A stretch of 64,000 bases of DNA from an uncultured Verrucomicrobiae bacterium. Lineage in GTDB: Bacteria; Verrucomicrobiota; Verrucomicrobiia; Limisphaerales; Palsa-1400. The notes below the pieces were generated by a model. It had not been told where the DNA came from, did no database searches, and saw only the letters and a program-made list of their open reading frames with translations. The stretch covers positions 5,248,001 to 5,312,000 of the forward strand of contig OY969763.1 in the NCBI GenBank assembly GCA_963702845.1, in the 5' to 3' direction. A program made the position numbers and the translations under genes. Shown one piece after another: positions 59,547-64,000 of this stretch; position 1 is the stretch's first letter; each line of letters begins with the position of its first letter.

Positions 59547-62500
59547 TTGCCTTGCAACAGAACGCTCCCGCTTTGGTTGGTGCCGAGGAAATAACCGCGT
59601 GCTTCGTTTTGATTTTGTAAAATTACTCCGTTGAAGGTGGTGAAGCGTAACGTTACCGGTGCTGTGAAATGGCTGCCAGTGAGCAGGCCCTTGGTTTTAT
59701 CGAGCAGGAGCGTAGTTGAATTCGCACCGGTGACAACGGTGGTGTTATTCGAATTGAGCACCACGTTGTTCGTGAAGCCTTGAACCAGGTTCGCGCCGTT
59801 AAACGCAAGAGTGCCATTCGTAAAATTCAACACGCGCACGCCATTGCTCGGGGTAATGAACGATGAACCGACCAGCGGCGTGTTCAACGTGAATCCATTC
59901 GAATACAACGCCGTTCGCATCGATGGCTTAATCCATGTTGCATCGCCGCCGAGGGTGTTCGCGGGCAAGTTGCTGAAAGTCACCTCGCTGAAAATCATTC
60001 CTTTGCTCGCGTACAACGGCGCAAAGAGAGGCCAGACGCCATTTTTGGAAATGCTGACGGTTTGGCTCAACAGTGTGCCGTCGGCCATGCTGCCCGACGC
60101 CCGGATCATGCCGGCGTTGTCGATCGTCAGCGTTGCGTAGCTGTCGCCTTCAGGCGCGGCAGTGGGTTCGGTGTAACCGAGGATTGCGAGCGTGTATTTG
60201 CCAGCAAAGTTGGTCGCTTTGTTTTTCACCAGGTCGAAAACAGCGCGATCCAACGTGAACGCGGAAATCCATGAACCGTTGGAAACGGTGCCAGGGATGG
60301 TGTCGTCGGGTGTGGCAAGGTTGAGATGCGTCGCCACGACTACGCTGTTGGTCCGCAAGCGGGCGATGGTCAGTTGGCTGTTGCCGTACAAATCAAACTT
60401 TCCGCTCAACGTATAAGCAACACCATCAAGATTCATTCTGCCGACATACGTGCCGCTACTCGCCAGAGTCAGCGTAATAAAACCGGCGCTGGATTGGCGC
60501 ACCGCGTCCGACTCGCGAAACAATCCGTTGTAAACGCCTTTGATCGGGATGAACGGATTCGTCACGAAATTGCCGTTCAAGACCATGTTCGGTTGCATGA
60601 GGAAATTTAGGACGGCAGCGTTCGAGCTGATCGTTCCGTTCCAATTTGAAAAAACCCAGTTGTTCGATGGCGTTCCGGTGATTGTATAGCGACGACCGAT
60701 TTCCAAAAATTTGCCGTTCAAATCAGGCGTGATTTTGCCAAGGCCGTTCGTCGTAACTGTGAGCACGTTTGTGACGACGTAGAAAAAGCTACGCGAAACC
60801 GGGAGCGACGTTTGCAGCCCGAACCCGATCGCACGCGCCGTGATCGTGTTCGTGCCGGCAATCAGCGTCAGCGGTGCAGACCAGTTGGTTATCCCCGTGG
60901 CTGTTTGCCAACCGGAGTTGCCTGACGAATTCTGCAGCTGATATTCCACATGGTCGACCTGCACGTCGTCCTTCGCGGTGCCGGTAACAGTGACGTCGGC
61001 CGTGAAAACACGTGCATTCGCCAATGGCGCGGTGACGGCGACGGTCGGGAGCTTCAAATGTTGCAAGACGACTTGGTCGACCCATCCGGCATCGCGTCCG
61101 AAGCTGTCGCTACCATCTTTGGTGTAACGCCATTGGATCGAGTGCGAACCCGAAGGAATGAAGAAAGCCTGTTGCGACCAATCGGCTGCACCGCTAATCT
61201 GATTTTGGTCAACGTCGTCGACGGAGAATGTCAGCAAGTCCAAGGTAGGTTCGGAATCACATTTCCACCAAAACGTCAGGCGCGCCGGGCCAGCGACCGT
61301 TCCCTGCAAATACGTCGATTGATTATCGGTAATGCCGCCGCTTTGCGCAGCGTCGCTGCCATCGTGAGTCGTGCCGGGTTGCCAAAACCACTGATTGTCG
61401 CCACCCGTAGTCCAGTTGACCGTCGTCGCGTCGAGCGCTTCGCCCAGACTCGGCGGCACACGAAAAGAGGTCAGCTTAGCCGTGGTGTTGTTGATTACTT
61501 GTGCGTTGTTGTTGCTGCTGGTGCCTGTTGCAACGGGGCCGCTTCCGTTGTCATAGAATACGTTGGGGTTCGAAAAATGCGGTACGCGTTGAGAAATGTG
61601 AGCAACGGCCGTCATCACCGTTTCGTGGTTTGAAGTATCCGGTGACTGGAAAAAATAAGCGTGTGCGTATGGATACAGCGGATTTGACGCCGAATATTGC
61701 GGCTCGTGATCGCATCCAAAATTGTGCCCGATTTCATGCACGGGAATATAAGTCCCGACAGCGCGCGGACGATAGATAACGTTGTAAGTGTAGATGGTAG
61801 AACCGGGCAACAATTGGTAAGCGAGGCCGGCAAGCGAGCCGATAGTTTGCTCCACCCAAAGCGAAACAATGTCGGCTTTATATTTGTCGCGAGTGACGAG
61901 CGCGTCATCCATGAATCCGTCGCTGGGATTTCCGAGACGATCAAGGTCGGTGTTGAAGTCGCCAGTTTCGGTGTAGCTGGTTTCCTCCGTGTGAACCAAA
62001 CGCAATTGGAGATTTACCTGGCTGTTGTCCAAAGCGTCCTGACCTTCCGCTAGAGCGACTCTGATCTGGCTGTTGATCGCGTCTTCGCCGCCCGCGTTAC
62101 TCATCGCGGTGGCTGTGTAAATCACCATTATATCCAGATTTGTTTTTGCGGGAATCGCGTTCGCGGAAATCCTTGCTACGGCGCGAGGTTCGTTTGGAGG
62201 AGTGGCTCCCGGTAGCACAGGTGCGATGGAACTCGGCTGCGTGCTGTAAATCGGAGTGGGCGGAGTTTTGCCCTTGATCCCGCACGTGGCGACCGCCGTC
62301 GAATCCACTTCACTCAGGTAGTGAAGATCGCCACTCGCAGTCGCAATTTTAAAGAGCCGACCATTCCCAGTGCGGTAAGACGCCGTAAACGCCCCGTTTT
62401 CGCGCGCGAGAATCATGTAATTCCACGGCTTGCCCGGCACGGAGCAGCGGATGACGAATGATTTGAATTGCCCGAGGTGATCGTTGCTTTGTCGACGCTC

Positions 62501-62763
62501 AACGTGACTTGTTCGCCATCGAACAGCGATAAATCGAACTGAGAGCCGGGTATGGCGAGCTTGCTCATCAATGACGGGTTGAGCTTCACGAAACGCTGGC
62601 GTTTTGACGCGCTCACCACGCGCGCGCGAACCGGTGCCGACGCATCGAGCAGGAGACTTTCGCCGCGAGATAAAGTGGCTGTTAAAAACAAGCAGAAGAC
62701 AACGAGCAGAGGCAAACGATGGTTGTTCAAGCCTCGTATTCTAGCAATTCTCGGGCCGTTCAC
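59543..62763 (-). CDS. Secreted reprolysin-like (metzincin) zinc metalloprotease with Ig-like and large C-terminal beta domains; frameshift near 62462
   Basis: HEIGHNFGCDH plus Met-turn TVMT. The N-terminal signal piece (62413-62763) joins ...SFVIRCSVPGKPWNYM after a 1-nt correction; the exact start is uncertain. Confidence 0.85.
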
Positions 62764-62791
62764 TCAAACCGGAAATACGCTCCCCCCGTCC

Positions 62792-62834
62792 AAAAAAATC
62801 GGCGTCAGCGGCTCAAAAGCCAACTGACGCCGGT
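62792..62834 (-). terminator. Rho-independent terminator of the second sigma factor gene
   Basis: Minus strand accggcgtcagttggc-ttttga-gccgctgacgccgat followed by a T run. Confidence 0.85.
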
Positions 62835-62849
62835 GATAAACAATTCAAC

Positions 62850-63866
62850 TTACTCGACTACCACGGTCTCGAGTTTCTCGATTTTGCGGCGCAATTTCGC
62901 CATCGCCATTTCTTGAATCTGGCGGATGCGTTCACGCGTGACACCGAATTCTTCGCCCAATTGCTCGAGCGTTTTTTCATCAGTGCCACCGAGGCCGAAG
63001 CGCTGGCGCAAGATCGCTTGCTCGCGCACATCAAGACTCGGCAACAAATCATGAATCAAATTCACGTTCGTTTTGCCTTCCAGATCCTGGTAAGGCGTGC
63101 CGGCGTTCGCGTCGGGCACGATGTCGGCGATCTTCGCTTCGTCGCCATCCGAGATGGGAGCGTCGAGCGACTGCGGGCGCACGGACGCCTTGCGATATTG
63201 CGAGACGCGGCGCGCCGGCAAGCCGACTTCCGCACCCACTTCTTCATCCGTCGGTTCGTGGCCGAGGACGTCCTGCAACTTCGCTTCAGCGCGGCGGATG
63301 TGCAGCAACTTATCGACAACGTGCACTGGCAAACGAATGGTCTTCGATTGGTTCGCGAGCGCGCGTTTGATCGCTTGCTTGATCCACCAGGCCGCGTAGG
63401 TCGACAGCTTCGCACCCTTATTCGGGTTAAAACGTTCCACGCCCTTCATCAAGCCAATGTTGCCTTCGTTGATGAGGTCGAGCAGCGGGACGCCATAATT
63501 CTCGTAGTCGCGAGCAATCTTCACGACCAGGCGCAGGTTGGCCTTGATCATTTGTTCGCGCGCGGCTTTGTCGCCTCTGCGGATGCGTTTAGCGAGGTCG
63601 ATCTCTTCCTTTTTGGTCAAGAGCTTGGTCTCGCCGACTTCGCGCATATACAGATTATAGGCGTCGTGCGAATAGCTCGCGTCCGGGACCTCACTGGGTA
63701 AGGGGCGACGATCCGCGTGCGCCGGTTTTTCGACGACCGCGACGTTTTCGGTTTCAGTTTTCGGGGACCTGTCTGCAGCCAGAGCGGCGCGCGGGGTTCG
63801 TCGCGCCCTACCGACCGGGTTCAAGTTCCGGGGTGTGCTCAACTTCGTTTTCATAATCTTATTCAT
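62850..63866 (-). CDS. Second RpoD/RpoS-like sigma-70 factor lacking region 1.1
   Basis: YNLYMREV, ANLRLVVKIARDYENYG, STYAAWWIKQ, TIRLPVHVVDK, TLEQLGEEFGVTRERIRQIQ; SD AGGAGGA. Confidence 0.95.
   Translation of the reverse strand: MNKIMKTKLSTPRNLNPVGRARRTPRAALAADRSPKTETENVAVVEKPAHADRRPLPSEVPDASYSHDAYNLYMREVGETKLLTKKEEIDLAKRIRRGDKAAREQMIKANLRLVVKIARDYENYGVPLLDLINEGNIGLMKGVERFNPNKGAKLSTYAAWWIKQAIKRALANQSKTIRLPVHVVDKLLHIRRAEAKLQDVLGHEPTDEEVGAEVGLPARRVSQYRKASVRPQSLDAPISDGDEAKIADIVPDANAGTPYQDLEGKTNVNLIHDLLPSLDVREQAILRQRFGLGGTDEKTLEQLGEEFGVTRERIRQIQEMAMAKLRRKIEKLETVVVE
63784..63812 (-). repeat. GTAG-type REP-like element inside the sigma factor coding region
   Basis: Minus strand g-GTAG-ggcgcg-acgaaccccg-cgcgcc-gc; encodes GRARRTPRAA. 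Confidence 0.55.
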
Positions 63867-64000
63867 TAGACGTCCTCCTATTCATTTCATTTCATTTAGA
63901 AGAAACTGGGGTGAACTCTGAAATTTTTGCAACCAACTGGCGCTCACTCCAACCGCCACCTAAGGCTTTAATCAGTTGAACGGTAGCAACTTGGCGCTGG

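Noticed and set aside
1..64000. CRISPR array, rRNA or IS transposase
   Set aside because: No regularly spaced repeat-spacer units, rRNA-like segments or transposase ORFs were seen.

Overview
A 64 kb, GC-rich bacterial chromosome segment. Gene content suggests Verrucomicrobiota, probably subdivision 3 (Pedosphaera/Limisphaera-like); this is inferred from a DUF1549/DUF1553 + DUF1501 pair, an H-X9-DG prepilin protein and Thr/Asn-rich secreted proteins. From left to right it carries: a rearranged Mu-like late-gene remnant (terminase, gp27-like, holin- and spanin-like genes) wrapped around gcvH; a scarred accessory patch (8.2-11.5 kb); rapA directly behind tRNA-Leu(TAA); a kexin-like S8 protease; an M1 aminopeptidase; a sodium:solute symporter; a large Ig-repeat surface protein next to three TMTC-like GT-C/TPR glycosyltransferases (a fourth lies at 55 kb); metabolic genes (carbonic anhydrase, FAD/Fe-S oxidase, two-subunit fumarase/tartrate dehydratase, dapF, hisC/F/I, split pta); a reprolysin-like protease; and two sigma-70 paralogs lacking region 1.1. 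About a dozen small frameshifts and two in-frame TAG codons look like assembly errors. The best novelty candidates are (1) a TMTC-like protein-glycosylation system with a possible Thr-Asn target bias in exported proteins, (2) an unannotated three-way-junction, kissing-loop RNA with a terminator at 38.0 kb, and (3) the possibly domesticated Mu-like packaging/lysis module with a hidden overlapping spanin pair. All family assignments come from motif recognition by eye; no searches were run.
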